Shown: one piece after another, positions 36,401 to 46,973 of the stretch | Layout: the number at the start of each line of letters is the position of its first letter | Position numbering within the stretch: the stretch's first letter is position 1 | Source: Nemertoderma westbladi | Lineage: Eukaryota; Animalia; Xenacoelomorpha | NCBI GenBank assembly: GCA_032718475.1 | Contig: JAUCBJ010006282.1 | Coordinates: 1-47,100 of the forward strand | Direction: 5' to 3' | DNA: 47,100 nt | Made by a program: the position numbers and the translations under genes | Notes under the pieces: generated by a model | Seen by the model: the letters and a program-made list of their open reading frames with translations, nothing else | What the model was told of the DNA's origin: nothing | Database searches by the model: none

Positions 36401-39400
36401 ACATTAAACAAACAGGGTAGCCGTAAACATTAAACAAACAGGGTAGCCATAAACATTAAACAAACAAGGTGGCCGTAAACATTAAACAAACAGGGTGGCC
36501 GTAAACATTAAACAAACAGGGTGGCCATTAACATTAAACAAACAGGGTAGCCGTAAACATTAAACAAACAGGGTAGCCATTAACATTAAATAAGCAGGGT
36601 GGCCATTAACATTAAACAAACAGGGTGGCCATTAACATTAAACAAACAGGGTGGCCATTAACATTAAACAAACAGGGTGGCCATTAACATTAAACAAACA
36701 GGGTGGCCATTAACATTAAACAAACAGGGTGGCCATTAACATTAAACAAACAGGGTGGCCATTAACATTAAACAAACAGGGTGGCCATTAACATTAACCA
36801 AACAGGGTGGCCATTAACATTAAACAAACAGGGTGGCCATTAACATTTAACAAACAGGGTGGCCATTAACATTAAACAAACAGGGTTGCCATTAACATTA
36901 AACAAACAGGGTGGCCATTAACATTAAACAAACAGGGTGGCCATTAACATTAAACAAACAGGGTGGCCATTAACATTAACCAAACAGGGTGGCCATTAAC
37001 ATTAAACAAACAGGGTGGCCATTAACATTAAACAAACAGGGTGGTCATTAACATTAAACAAACAGGGTTGCCATTAACATTAAACAAACAGGGTGGCCAT
37101 TAATATTAAACAAACAGGGTGGCCATTAACATTAAACAAACAGGGTGGCCATTAACATTAAACAAACAGGGTGGCCATTAACATTAAACAAACAGGGTGG
37201 CCATTAACATTAAACAAACAGGGTGGCCATTAACATTATACAAACAGGGTAGCCATAAACATTAAACAAACAGGGTGGCCATTAACATTAATCAAACAGG
37301 GTGGCCATTAACATTAAACAAACAGGGTGGCTATTAACATTAAACAAACAGGGTTGCCATTAACATTATACAAACAGGGTAGCCATAAATATTAAACAAA
37401 CAGGGTAGCCATAAACATTAAACAAACAGGGTGGCCATTAACATTAAACAAACAGGATGGCCAGTAATATTAAACAAACAGGGTAGCCATAAACATTAAA
37501 CAAACAAGGTGGCCGTAAACATTAAACAAACAGGGTAGCCATTAACATTAAACAAACAGGGTGGCCATTAACATTAAACAAACAGGGTGGCCATTAACAT
37601 TAAACAAACAGGGTGGCCATTAACATTAAACAAACAGGGTGGCCATTAACATTAAACAAACAGGGTGGCCATTAACATTAAACAAACAGGGTGGCCATTA
37701 ACATTATACAAACAGGGTAGCCATAAACATTAAACAAACAGGGTGGCCATTAACATTAAACAAACAGGGTGGCCATTAACATTAAACAAACAGGGTGGCT
37801 ATTAACATTAAACAAACAGGGTGGCCATTAACATTATACAAACAGGGTAGCCATAAATATTAAACAAACAGGGTAGCCATAAACATTAAACAAACAGGGT
37901 GGCCATTAACATTAAACAAACAGGATGGCCAGTAATATTAAACAAACAGGGTAGCCATAAACATTAAACATACAGGGTAGCCATAAACATTAAACAAACA
38001 AGGTGGCCGTAAACGTTAAACAAACAGGGTAGCCATTAACATTAAACAAACAGGGTGGCCAGTAATATTAAACAAACTGGGTGGCCATTAACATTTATCA
38101 AACAGGGTGGCCATTAACATTAAACAAACAGGGTAGCCGTAAACATTAAACAAACAGGGTGGCCATTAACATTAAACAAACAGGGTGGCCATTAACATTT
38201 ATCAAACAGGGTGGCCATTAACATTAAACAAACAAGGTGGCCGTAAACATTAAACAAACAGGGTAGCCATAAACATTAAACAAACAAGGTGGCCGTAAAC
38301 ATTAAACAAACAGGGTGGCCGTAAACATTAAACAAACAGGGTGGCCATTAACATTAAACAAACAGGGTAGCCGTAAACATTAAACAAACAGGGTAGCCAT
38401 AACATTAAACAAACAAGGTGGCCGTAAACATTAAACAAACAGGGTGGAGGTAAACATTAAACAAACAGGGTGGCCATTAACATTAAACAAACAGGGTAGC
38501 CGTAAACATTAAACAAACAGGGTAGCCATAAACATTAAACAAACAAGGTGGCCGTAAACATTAAACAAACAGGGTGGCCGTAAACATTAAACAAACAGGG
38601 TGGCCATTAACATTAAACAAACAGGGTGGACATTAACATTAAACAAACAGGGTGGACATTAACATTAAACAAACAGGGTGGTTATAAAGATACTTCAGGG
38701 CTTCTATCTAATAATCGGCACTGTATTGCAGCTTTATTAGGAATACTAATATTATCAAAATGTCGGCACCACAACACCAGTGTCACCCATGATGACTGAA
38801 ATTATTCGCATCTTCAAGGCCAAGTATCCTTTAGGCTGTCCATAATAATTATTATCTTCATGGGGCGTCCGAAGCACACAACTTTATCGTTGTTCTGTAT
38901 GTCTATCACTGGAAACCAGGGTACAATCAAGGGTAGAATCGAACAAGTGAAACAGGCGATTGATTACCAGCAAAAATGAAACTGTTCACTCCCGTTTATT
39001 GTTTCGGTTAGACTTAGAATATCTGTCTCATTTCTCTGAATTGATATTTACATCCCCCCCACCCCCCTCCCGGTTGGGTGCAATCTTCACCCGCGTCCAT
39101 CCTTCGCCCGCGCCCAGTCTTAGCCCGCGTCCAACCTTCGCCCGGTGGATCCTTCGCCCGCAAAGCAATCTTAGCCCGTGAGCAACCTTTGCCCAATAAG
39201 ATTTGTGTTAGTAACCATTGTAGTTACAAATTGAGGGAAAGGAGCAGGTTTCAGAGACGGCTCTTTCTAACCAAAACAATATTTGTTTAATGGGCGAAGG
39301 TTGCTCGCGGGCGGAGATTGCGTGCGGGGGAAGGTTTCAGCCCGGCGATAGTTGCTCATTTTTAGGGCGAAAATTTCTCCGGGCCAAGATTGGACTCGGG

Positions 39401-42400
39401 CGAAGCTTTGTTGAGGGCGAAGTTTTCTGCGTACACCCCCCCCCCCCCCCCCCATCCTGTTTACAATTTACAATCAATCCATTGTTATATAGCAGATATA
39501 GTAAAATTTAAGGGATAGTGCAATGACGTAGCTATTTCATTCTTCCTAAATCAACAGACTGTATTACAATGATAAGATCAAGTTAATTCGAGCAAATAAT
39601 TATTTTCCCTCAACACCATGCAATTCCATAGATTCCATACCACCCCCTCCATATTTCATCATCTTATATCACCATATGGCGACAATTGATTCTGTCTCCT
39701 TCGTAGCTCCATGGCGAATACTCTTATAATGCATATGTTACTCTGCTAACATGGAACAAAATCGATATATAATAATTATAAAGACATCTTAGGCAATTAT
39801 ACATTATTGGTCGGTAGACTGGAAAAATGTTCCTGCTTTACAATAAAATAGAACACAGACTTATTATTATTGTAATGAAATAATGATTTTTATTTTGGAA
39901 AAAGTAGAAGCGTGTGTACAAAAATTGTGAAGGTTACAAAATTCGTTAGTGTGCCAATACGGGATGTGGATATGATGTGTGTCATTATTAATGTATATTA
40001 TGTATCATCATTAATTATAAAAAAATGTAGTAAAAGTAAAAAATTATATAGTTATAATTTTAAATCGCCTTTTTTTCAGGTAGCTAATTGGCTCTATGTA
40101 GTCTTCAGCGGATATATGCGTCCCAAATGCTACACCATATTTACTCAACGTCACAAATTAGCAGCTATTGTGGTAATAACGAAGGTTCTCTACCTGGTCA
40201 TTTCCGTGGGATGTTTCATATTAACGAAGAGAATGTTTCACTTGGGGAACTTTTTTACGTACGGAGCGGGTAAGTTCGATTTGCCGCGGCACACACGGCA
40301 CGACGCAGGATACTCACATACTTACAGAGTATACAGTAGTGGCCAGACACTCACATACTTACAGAGTATACAGTAGTGACCAGACACTCACATACTTACA
40401 GAGTATACAGTAGTGGCCAGACACTCACATACTTACAGAGTATACAGTAGTGGCCAGACACTCACATACTCAGAGTATACAGTAGTGACAGTGCCGGGTT
40501 AAGCCTTTGGTGGCCTTAAGGCACATTTTCACAATTTCAAGAAATGGCCCGAAAATTTATATTTTCCCACAAATCCTTTGAAATGATAAAAAGCTGCAAA
40601 ATCACAGAAATACTGGAAATCTTATTGCGATAGAACATATATAAACTAAATTTAAAAAATTTAAACCTGAAATCTAATTATTATAACATAGTAAGTAAGT
40701 GTAACTACAGTACGTAGTTTGACATAACGCTGCGAATTAGAACACTAAATAAATATTGCATTGTTAAAGTGAATTATATAATTTAACTTTGAATTAATTT
40801 ACAATGTAGTAAAAGGAAATTTAAATACGTTAACATTAACAGTTAACATGTTAACAGTTTACATTAACAGGTATTTAAATTGCCGTGGTTCATAATATAA
40901 AGCATCCAAGTTCGTATTTCATATCATATTGCAACGATCAATTTAAGTATTATTATAACTATTAACAATTATTCTGGAATTAAGTAATGTTAAAAAAGTA
41001 GAAATTAACTTTTAAATTTAATATATTTATATTAAATTAACACAACAAGTATTTAAATTGCCGTGGTTCACAATATAAAGTATCCAAGTTCGTATCACTA
41101 TATTGCACTGATCAATTTAAGTATTATTATAACTATTTAAAAAACAATACTACTCTGTAAGATTGTTAAAATGTTACCTTACGAGCTTTCACTGCTGCAA
41201 ATTCGTTTATTAGAGCACTGAAGTCAATCTCATGTAGTAACTCGCATTCAATGCACATGAGTGCCAAAACAACAAGCCGTCGATGATGCATTGTTGATCT
41301 TTTCACATCTTTTATTCTTGTGAGATGGGAAAACGTGCGTTCTCCGGAACAATTGGTGGTCATTAGCACCAAGTATATTCGGAGTGCCACTTCCGTGTTT
41401 GGAAACGCTTGATGAACGCCAGTGGTATGGAGCAGTCGGAAAATATTCTGGGCGCTTCTGGTTGACATTACTCTGTCATCGCCACCGTGGTCCGCCTTAT
41501 CCTGCAGTTTATACCAGTTGATAAACTGCCGAAATTCAGAGGGAAAATCGGATGAGAGGTCGTTTGGATAGACTTTAACAAGTCTGACGATAGCAGTATC
41601 GATATCCTTATCAGACATGGTGGTAAACTCCGACAGAACACAAAACGCTCTAACACAAATGAATATGCATCAATGCGTTTCTGCAACGCACTCTGCAATT
41701 TATCAATAATTACATAGAAGGTGTTGACCTTGAATTTCTGTTGGCTCGTCATCCCTTTCATTGCGTCTTCAGCAGCTCCATCACCAACATGTTTCTTGCG
41801 CCTGGATGACGTCGGGTTTCAGATCTGTAGGAGTTATTCCCACAGCGATCCATGGCTTTCTGCTCATAAACATCAAACTTGTCTCTGCATTCATCCAGGA
41901 AAGCATGCAAACTAGTAAGCAGACCAAAGGCCGGAGTTAGTTCAATCGTAGCTGGCATGGGGCCCTCGATAGCAGGGGTGTCCCCCTTCTGCTGATATCC
42001 AGTAATATTACCATCATTACCTGAATCTTTCTCTACATCCAACACAGGAAAAAATGACGTCAGTTATGTGTCTTCTTCAGCTGTTGATCCTCACAACGCT
42101 TCTTCTTCTCCAACTCTTGGGATCGTTCCCAACCACCTTTAAGTTTCGACATTATCAGGTATCAGGATTGAGGATGTTATTACTGTATTAATAATACAGT
42201 AATAACATCCTCAATCCAGTCACATACTTACAGAGTATACAGTAGTGGCCAGACACTCACATACTTACAGAGTATACAGAGTATACAGTAGTGGCCAGAC
42301 ACTCACATACTCAGAGTATACAGTAGTGACCAGACACTCACATACTCAGAATATACAGTAGTGACCAGACACTCACATACTTACAGAGTATACAGTAGTG

Positions 42401-45400
42401 GCCAGACACTCACATACTTACAGAGTATACAGTAGTGACCAGACACTCACATACTCAGAGTATACAGTAGTGACCAGACACTCACATACTTACAGAGTAT
42501 ACAGTAGTGGCCAGACACTCACATACTCAGAGTATACAGTAGTGACCAGACACTCACATACTTACAGAGTATACAGAGGTGACCAGACACTCACATACTT
42601 ACAGAGTATACAGTAGTGGCCAGATACTCACATACTCAGAGTATACAGTAGTGGCCAGACACTCACATACTTACAGAGTATACAGAGGTGACCAGACACT
42701 CACATACTTACAGAGTATACAGTAGTGGCCAGACACTCACATACTCAGAGTATACAGTAGTGACCAGACACTCACATACTTACAGAGTATACACTAGTGG
42801 CCAGACACTCACATACTCAGAGTATACAGTAGTGACCAGACACTCACATACTTACAGAGTATACAGTAGTGGCCAGACACTCACATACTTACAGAGTACA
42901 CAGTAGTATACAGAGTATGTATTTTCTTCCGATCCAGTTAATTATTATCGTTCATCCAGGTTTTATTACTGCAATTTATTTTATTTGACTACTACTAGGC
43001 CGAGCGAGCTCGTACAATCCAGGTCCATCCAGGCTTCCCGTTTCTCCACAGTTGACGCAAATTCGTTTCTTTCAGTATCCCTTTCAAATTGTTCTGTATA
43101 TGTCATAGTCAGTGGTTCATGGCTACTACGCTTACCTTGTGCTGGTCTGCGTTCACGTATTTGATATAGATGGTATTGTACCATAAAGCTCAGCGCTTGT
43201 CATGTGCTGTCACCAGCTGATATCTAAGTTGTTTTTCATAAAATAACACAAATTCATTCAAAATTACCCACCCTTGAACCCACCCGAACGTTTATGTTTT
43301 TAAAAATAGCGGGTACACTTCGAGATATAGTACATTATTTGAACCATACGTTTGGTTTGACACTATTTTTGAAAGTTTTGAAGTTTTGAAAATCCATCAA
43401 ATTGGTGGGCAGTAGCAAACTATATGCCGAAGTGGGAGGCGACCCGAAGGCTCCTCCTCTTTCGATAGCTGCTACCCGAGGGTAGGGGTGGGCGTTACTC
43501 CTAGCTGCTACCCGAGGGTAGGGGTGGGCGGTACTCCTAGCTGCTACCCGAGGGTCCGGGCCGTACTCCTAGTGCTACCCGAGGGTAGGGGTGGGCGGTA
43601 CTGCTAGCTGCTACCCGAGGGTAGGGGTGGGTGGTACTCCTAGCTGCTACCCGAGGGTAGGGGTGGGCGGTACTCCTAGCTGCTACCCGAGGGTAGGGGT
43701 GGGCGGTACTCCTAGCTGCTACCCGAGGGTCCGTGCGATACTCCTAGTGCTACCCGAGGGTAGGGGTGGGCGGTACTCCTAGTGCTACCCGAGGGTAGGG
43801 GTGGGTGGTACTCCTAGCTGCGTCCCGAGGGTAGGGGTGGGCGGTACTCCTAGCTGCTACCCGAGGGTCCGGGCGGTACTCCTAGTGCTATCCGAGGGTA
43901 GGGGTGGGCGGTACTCCTAGCTGCTACCCGAGGGTCCGGGCGGTACTCCTAGTGCTACCCGAGGGTCCGTGCGGTACTCCTAGTGCTGCCCGAGGGTCCG
44001 GGCGGTACTCCTAGTGCTACCCGAGGGTAGGGGTGGGTGGTACTCCTAGCTGCTTCCCGAGGGTAGGGGTGGGCGGTACTCCTAGTGCTACCCGAGGGTC
44101 CGGGCGGTACTTCTAGCTGCTTCCCGAGGGTCCGGGCGGTACTCCTAGTGCTGCCCGAGGGTCCGGGCGGTACTCCTAGCTGCTTCCCGAGGGTCCGGGC
44201 GGTACTCCTAGTGCTACCCGAGGGTCCGGGCGGTACTCCTAGCTGCTTCCCGAGGGTAGGGGTGGGCGGTACTCCTAGCTGCTACCCGAGGGTCCGGGCG
44301 GTACTCCTAGTGCTACCCGAGGGTAGGGGTGGGCGGTACTCCTAGCTGCTACCCGAGGGTCCGGGCGGTACTCCTAGTGCTACCCGAGGGTCCGGGCGGT
44401 ACTCCTAGTGCTGCCCGAGGGTCCGGGCGGTACTCCTAGTGCTACCCGAGGGTAGGGGTGGGTGGTACTCCTAGCTGCTTCCCGAGGGTAGGGGTGGGTG
44501 GTACTCCTAGCTGCTTCCCGAGGGTAGGGGTGGGCGGTACTCCTAGTGCTACCCGAGGGTCCGGGCGGTACTCCTAGCTGCTTCCCGAGGGTCCGGGCGG
44601 TACTCCTAGTGCTGCCCGAGTGTCCGGGCAGTACTCCTAGCTGCTTCCCGAGGGTCCGGGCGGTACTCCTAGCTGCTTCCCGAGGATTGGGGTGGGCGGT
44701 ACTCCTATCCCAAGTTTTGCTCTAAGTAATTCATCTGGTTTTCATTTTTTCGACCCCAGTGGATGAGAAGCTAAGTGGACCATGGCGTTGATTCGACCCT
44801 ACAACCAATAGATTCTAGAGCCAGCGCTCAACCAACTGAGCTGTCCCACCTTATATTCTATGAAATTTGTAATTGATTGTTTGATCAGGACTCTTGCGTT
44901 ATAGAGGTTTTTATGATTCTGAATTCAGTGGAATAAATGTTATGAGTCCTATATATAATAGAATATATCCTACTTGTATTTTCCGAAAGATAGTGACTTT
45001 CCAGCTACATAGTGGTTGAGCCAGGATTATTTAGGCATTCATTCTCTACTATTAATCTTGTACTTGCATCTTTTTTTCCCTCCAATATCCAATAAAATGG
45101 TGGCGATAATAGTAGAAAAAATGATGAATTGGATTAAATAATATGATTTTTGTTTTATAATCTCATCATATCCTAAATTTCATTGAAATTTCGAATCTGG
45201 CAGTAGTGGCATTATCATATCTGTTTTCGTTTTCAAGATATTACACGAAAAGAAATGGGTACCCGAATATATAGGTGTAGTACAAAATATTTTTAGAAAT
45301 ACGAAATATTGAAATTTGAGTCCTGATGATGCAACATCTATAAAGGTTTTCGGGCATGTCGAATGCAACGGTGATATTTAGAAAATCATTGGATCACCTA

Positions 45401-46384
45401 ATATGTTATATTACATTAGATGGTTGCTTTTTTTGACAGACAAATCAATGGACCGACAGTCCATTGATTCAGATGGTTCAAATTAACTTTGTTTCAAATT
45501 TGATATATATAATCTTGTGGGATCATCCATTCAATTAGCTAATCAAATTTATACAGTAGATATTAATATTGCATGAACGACATTCAAACTTCCTTAGCTC
45601 AATGTACGTGCGTGCAATATGAGTATCAGCTGGTTGCACTATTCCATTGGTATTTCGTGCGTACTGTATATCATCTTTGGCAAGAGATTTTATATACATT
45701 AAATAACATTTAATCAATATACGACTAAATACATCTTTTCGATTAATTGCGTTAATTGCACTTTTATTAAGCTACATATATTCCTGCTGTTGATACCGCT
45801 ACAATCTCATATATAATCTCATTAATATTTGTAGAATTTATTTATATTTCTTTTTAATGTATATCTCAGGGCTTTGTGTACAATGAGAGTACACCAAATG
45901 CAATTTATATTTTATTTTTACAGATTGGGTTGTCACAAAATCAGAAAACGAGACTGAGTATTTGCGCGACAAGTTTTTTCCTAAGATGGTCGCTTGTGAA
46001 ATCAAGAGGTGGGGAGCCTCTGGTGTGGAGGAGGAACAAGGAATGTGTGTTCTCGCTCCTAACGTTATAAACCAATATCTCTTCCTTTTGTACTGGTTCG
46101 CCATCGTCTTTGTTATCACCACCAACGTACTCAGTGTTACCATCACGCCATGGGGTATGTGTTACCTAAAAGGGAACTACAGAAAGTTCATCACCGTCTC
46201 CATGCTAAGCCGTAGTCCAACCTACTGGGCGATATTCAACACAGTTGGGTCCTCCGGGAGAATTATATTACTCATTCTTGCTACACATGCTAAACCGAAA
46301 ATATTCGAAGATATTATGAGAAAACTGGCGGTCAAAATGAAAGGAAACAAACTTCTTGATGATCACGAGGAATGCAGCGTGTGA
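21398..46384 (+). CDS. inx: Innexin (innexin/pannexin family channel protein), ctenophore-type; 6 coding exons join(21398..21449,21727..21876,22358..22532,27459..27630,40080..40269,45924..46384), 399 aa
   Basis: Manual splicing: all five introns GT..AG, exon lengths 52+150+175+172+190+461=1200 nt, no internal stop seen. Protein has VTVDDSWDQLNR, EDYCWT, YHLWYQWVPFYFW (innexin YYQW signature), FPKMVACEIKRWG and GMCVLAPNVINQYLFL, with four hydrophobic segments. These motifs match ctenophore innexins as I recall them; the specific paralogue is not assignable. Confidence 0.96.
21727..21876 (+). CDS. inx: Innexin exon 2 (TM1 and start of extracellular loop 1)
   Basis: Acceptor ttttttttag; encodes VTVDDSWDQLNRCFMFTLLCIFGTCVTVRSYTGNTIKCYGFKGFEKDFV; donor gttagt. 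Confidence 0.93.
22358..22532 (+). CDS. inx: Innexin exon 3 (extracellular loop 1)
   Basis: Acceptor ttttcatttag; encodes EDYCWTMGLYTIEEAYDPNVRTHYLGLIVEGMPPCIPQQLKDGSISECPDENQVLPLT-R; donor gtaact. Confidence 0.94.
22995..24886. mobile_element. Internally deleted Academ-like DNA transposon in innexin intron 3
   Basis: Termini TAGTCCGGCAGCCAC / GTGGCTGCCGGACTA, imperfect inverted similarity over ~140 bp, and 3-bp TSD ATT (22992-22994, 24887-24889). TAG..CTA ends with a 3-bp TSD fit Academ; decayed coding-like stretch on the - strand near 23200-23450. Confidence 0.62.
25001..25141 (+). other. 44-bp-arm hairpin followed by a hammerhead-like motif (U3-A8 variant)
   Basis: Arms 25001-25044 / 25052-25095 (2 mismatches, 7-nt loop); then GAC-TTGAGAA-TG..CTC-GAAA-TCGA-TC-GT. 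Confidence 0.6.
26290..26780 (+). mobile_element. 3' end of a CRE-like non-LTR retrotransposon (RLE domain)
   Basis: GC-rich island reading DIAVINADATSY..KKNHYRSIC..FTPLVGTTDG..LLFALLRSSSLCLRGGR..LGFGDGAGL. Confidence 0.78.
27171..27364. repeat. 96-bp perfect tandem duplication
   Basis: CATCTTTCCTCTGTAAGG starts at 27171 and again at 27267. Confidence 0.92.
27459..27630 (+). CDS. inx: Innexin exon 4 (TM2, WYQWVP signature)
   Basis: Acceptor cctaacag; encodes VYHLWYQWVPFYFWLAACAFYLPYLIFK...EKTTNK; donor AAG|gtgacc. Confidence 0.95.
27736..30744. repeat. 26-bp satellite array, left part (TTAACATTAAACAAACAGGGTGGCCA)n
   Basis: Direct tandem repeat of about 115 units with point variants and no spacers. 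Confidence 0.98.
30745..33699 (-). mobile_element. Kolobok-type DNA transposon, apparently full length, inserted in the intron-4 satellite
   Basis: TIRs GGGGGAGGACACCCCA (30745-30760) and TGGGGTGTCCTCCCCCC (33683-33699); TTAA on both sides (30741-30744, 33700-33703); satellite phase resumes exactly. TTAA TSD with GG..CC termini is characteristic of Kolobok (piggyBac starts CC). Confidence 0.88.
31515..33242 (-). CDS. DDE transposase (Kolobok family; often annotated as Mutator-like transposase), ~575 aa
   Basis: Uninterrupted ORF, first ATG at 33242 (MPKLGGRKG). Motifs FDATWQKRGH, HNCDINFRGSSNAME, LSDGDSS, ECINHIAKR and TQNQNESIH give a plausible D-D-E triad plus CxxH; N-terminal His/Cys cluster. 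Confidence 0.92.
   Translation of the reverse strand: MPKLGGRKGTFAGTRKQEIVVNLPVEESDLIPEANQSSHTTDRLGVIGDAFTGPLIGSEGFQFVEYSTMKDCMSDIHRHHCGGVLKFTPNLQNGYYFNIFLECETCEYIYKFENVVNDISNHPNESKRRINTRTILAFLMIGGTHDTARRFSEAMEMPNPVNHSRWRVTLRRITDAVRNLAIGNCYNEAQKLRNKHGADTGNPISGNSESIYNVSVTFDATWQKRGHMSLYCVAYVMSADTGAVLDIFVVSKSCYICLHYSKLCTIHVPQHNCDINFRGSSNAMETFAAKQLWARSIERNRLRYTELLSDGDSSVFKELRENPPYGIEHPVKKYECINHIAKRVTNGLESVRKEKRIGGVNGLSQPRIRQLASYYRNTVVHHVSSVDYRTIDPDELENLIDTIIREVKATVFHYTNYPESQRERKHEDCPMRWCKAIQKDPTYKDKSFIKPEWHAHIMPVYNRLTDRNLLKRCLPGLTQNQNESIHGRLWNKCGKDKFQGRTTLEFHAYYTALVHNRGSSAAQILYMKLGLGPGVKMATGCKVRDRKRTSRSLLKRKSKKFRPENNDSAYKPGGF
33700..38686. repeat. 26-bp satellite array, right part
   Basis: Same unit, about 190 copies, continuing in register after the transposon. 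Confidence 0.98.
39075..39437. mobile_element. MITE-like element with inward-facing subterminal TTCGCCCG / GGGCGAA repeats
   Basis: Left cluster of TTMGCCCG motifs at 39085-39195, right cluster of GGGCGAA motifs at 39290-39425. Confidence 0.65.
40080..40269 (+). CDS. inx: Innexin exon 5 (cytoplasmic loop, TM3)
   Basis: Acceptor ctttttttcag; encodes VANWLYVVFSGYMRPKCYTIFTQRHKLAAIVVITKVLYLVISVGCFILTKRMFHLGNFFTYGA; donor gtaagt. Confidence 0.94.
40311..40488. repeat. 37/35-bp minisatellite, left part (CAGACACTCACATACTTACAGAGTATACAGTAGTGGC)
   Basis: Tandem units begin about 40 bp after the exon 5 donor. Confidence 0.95.
40489..42190 (-). mobile_element. Truncated hAT transposon (ZMYM1-like transposase C-terminus with hAT dimerisation domain)
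   Basis: FKVNTFYVIIDKL and FPNTEVALRIYLVLMTTNCSGERTFSHLTRIK..RSTM..KARK in frameshifted pieces; one hAT-like end CAGTGCCGGGTTAAG at 40489; no matching second TIR. Confidence 0.87.
42220..42917. repeat. 37/35-bp minisatellite, right part
   Basis: About 19 units, often alternating 37- and 35-bp variants. Confidence 0.95.
43455..44850 (-). mobile_element. tRNA-derived SINE (copy 2) with internal minisatellite expansion
   Basis: Minus strand from 44850: GGTGGGACAGCTCAGTTGGTTGAGCGC..GGGTCGAATC..CCACTTAGCTTCTCATCCACTGGGGTCGAAAAAATGAAAACCAG, colinear with copy 1 into and beyond the array. Confidence 0.82.
43467..44707. repeat. GC-rich 31-36-bp minisatellite inside SINE copy 2
   Basis: CCCGAGGGT(AGGGGT|CC)GGGCGGTACTCCTAG(C)TGCT(A|T|G) repeated about 37 times. 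Confidence 0.95.
45924..46384 (+). CDS. inx: Innexin exon 6 (extracellular loop 2, TM4, C-terminus)
   Basis: Acceptor tttttacag; encodes DWVVTKSENETEYLRDKFFPKMVACEIKRWGASGVEEEQGMCVLAPNVINQYLFLLYW...ECSV then TGA. Confidence 0.96.
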
Positions 46385-46973
46385 TTATTATCAACGATCA
46401 TGATGATAGCGAAACAATATCCCTCATTGAAATAATACCAGTCTTATTGGTCTTATTGGACCTATCTACCGTTTAAATTAGCTTTGAAATGAATTCACTT
46501 TTATCTATTCCAAGTTGCCAAAAATTCACATTTACAATGGTAGAATTTGATAGTTTAATATTACAACTCCTGGGATATTGTTAGCATTCTGACTCTGTGT
46601 ATTCACATATTGACATGTTCTGAGATGGTGATTCCTTGTACATTGTGCAACACGACTACCACCAAGTTGGTGAAGATGATGTACAGTACATGTAACAAAC
46701 TAGGAGATAATTTGGAGAAAAACAGTGGTATTTTATTCTTCCTTTTACGTTTGTTTTCGATTTTTCATTTCTTTTTTTTTATAAAAAAATAATTATAAAA
46801 ATGGTAACGTAACATGTGACGCGAAATTTTCTTACTTTACAACTGATTTCATTGTAGATTAGAAAATTAGGATATTTTTAACTATTGCTTGCTAATGAGT
46901 AGTCGGGAGATTCATCTACCATCTTTCGCGTACCTTTACTTTCCTCTTCCTTTATATTGTTGCTATTATCGTA

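Noticed and set aside
27736-38686. CRISPR-like array next to a nuclease-like ORF
   Set aside because: Units are head-to-tail with no unique spacers, the ORF is a TIR/TSD-bounded DDE transposase, and the context is a spliceosomal intron.
39912-40376. Standalone 154-aa ORF (likewise 27469-27705 and 45962-46384 as separate genes)
   Set aside because: These are innexin exons with intronic read-through; homology is bounded by splice sites.
40871-41136. ~90-bp imperfect direct repeat at 178-bp spacing
   Set aside because: Lies in the hAT 3' non-coding region; an ordinary subterminal duplication.
42398-44345. Repetitive short ORFs (THSHTYRVY.., GVGGTPSCYPR..)
   Set aside because: Translations of minisatellite units.
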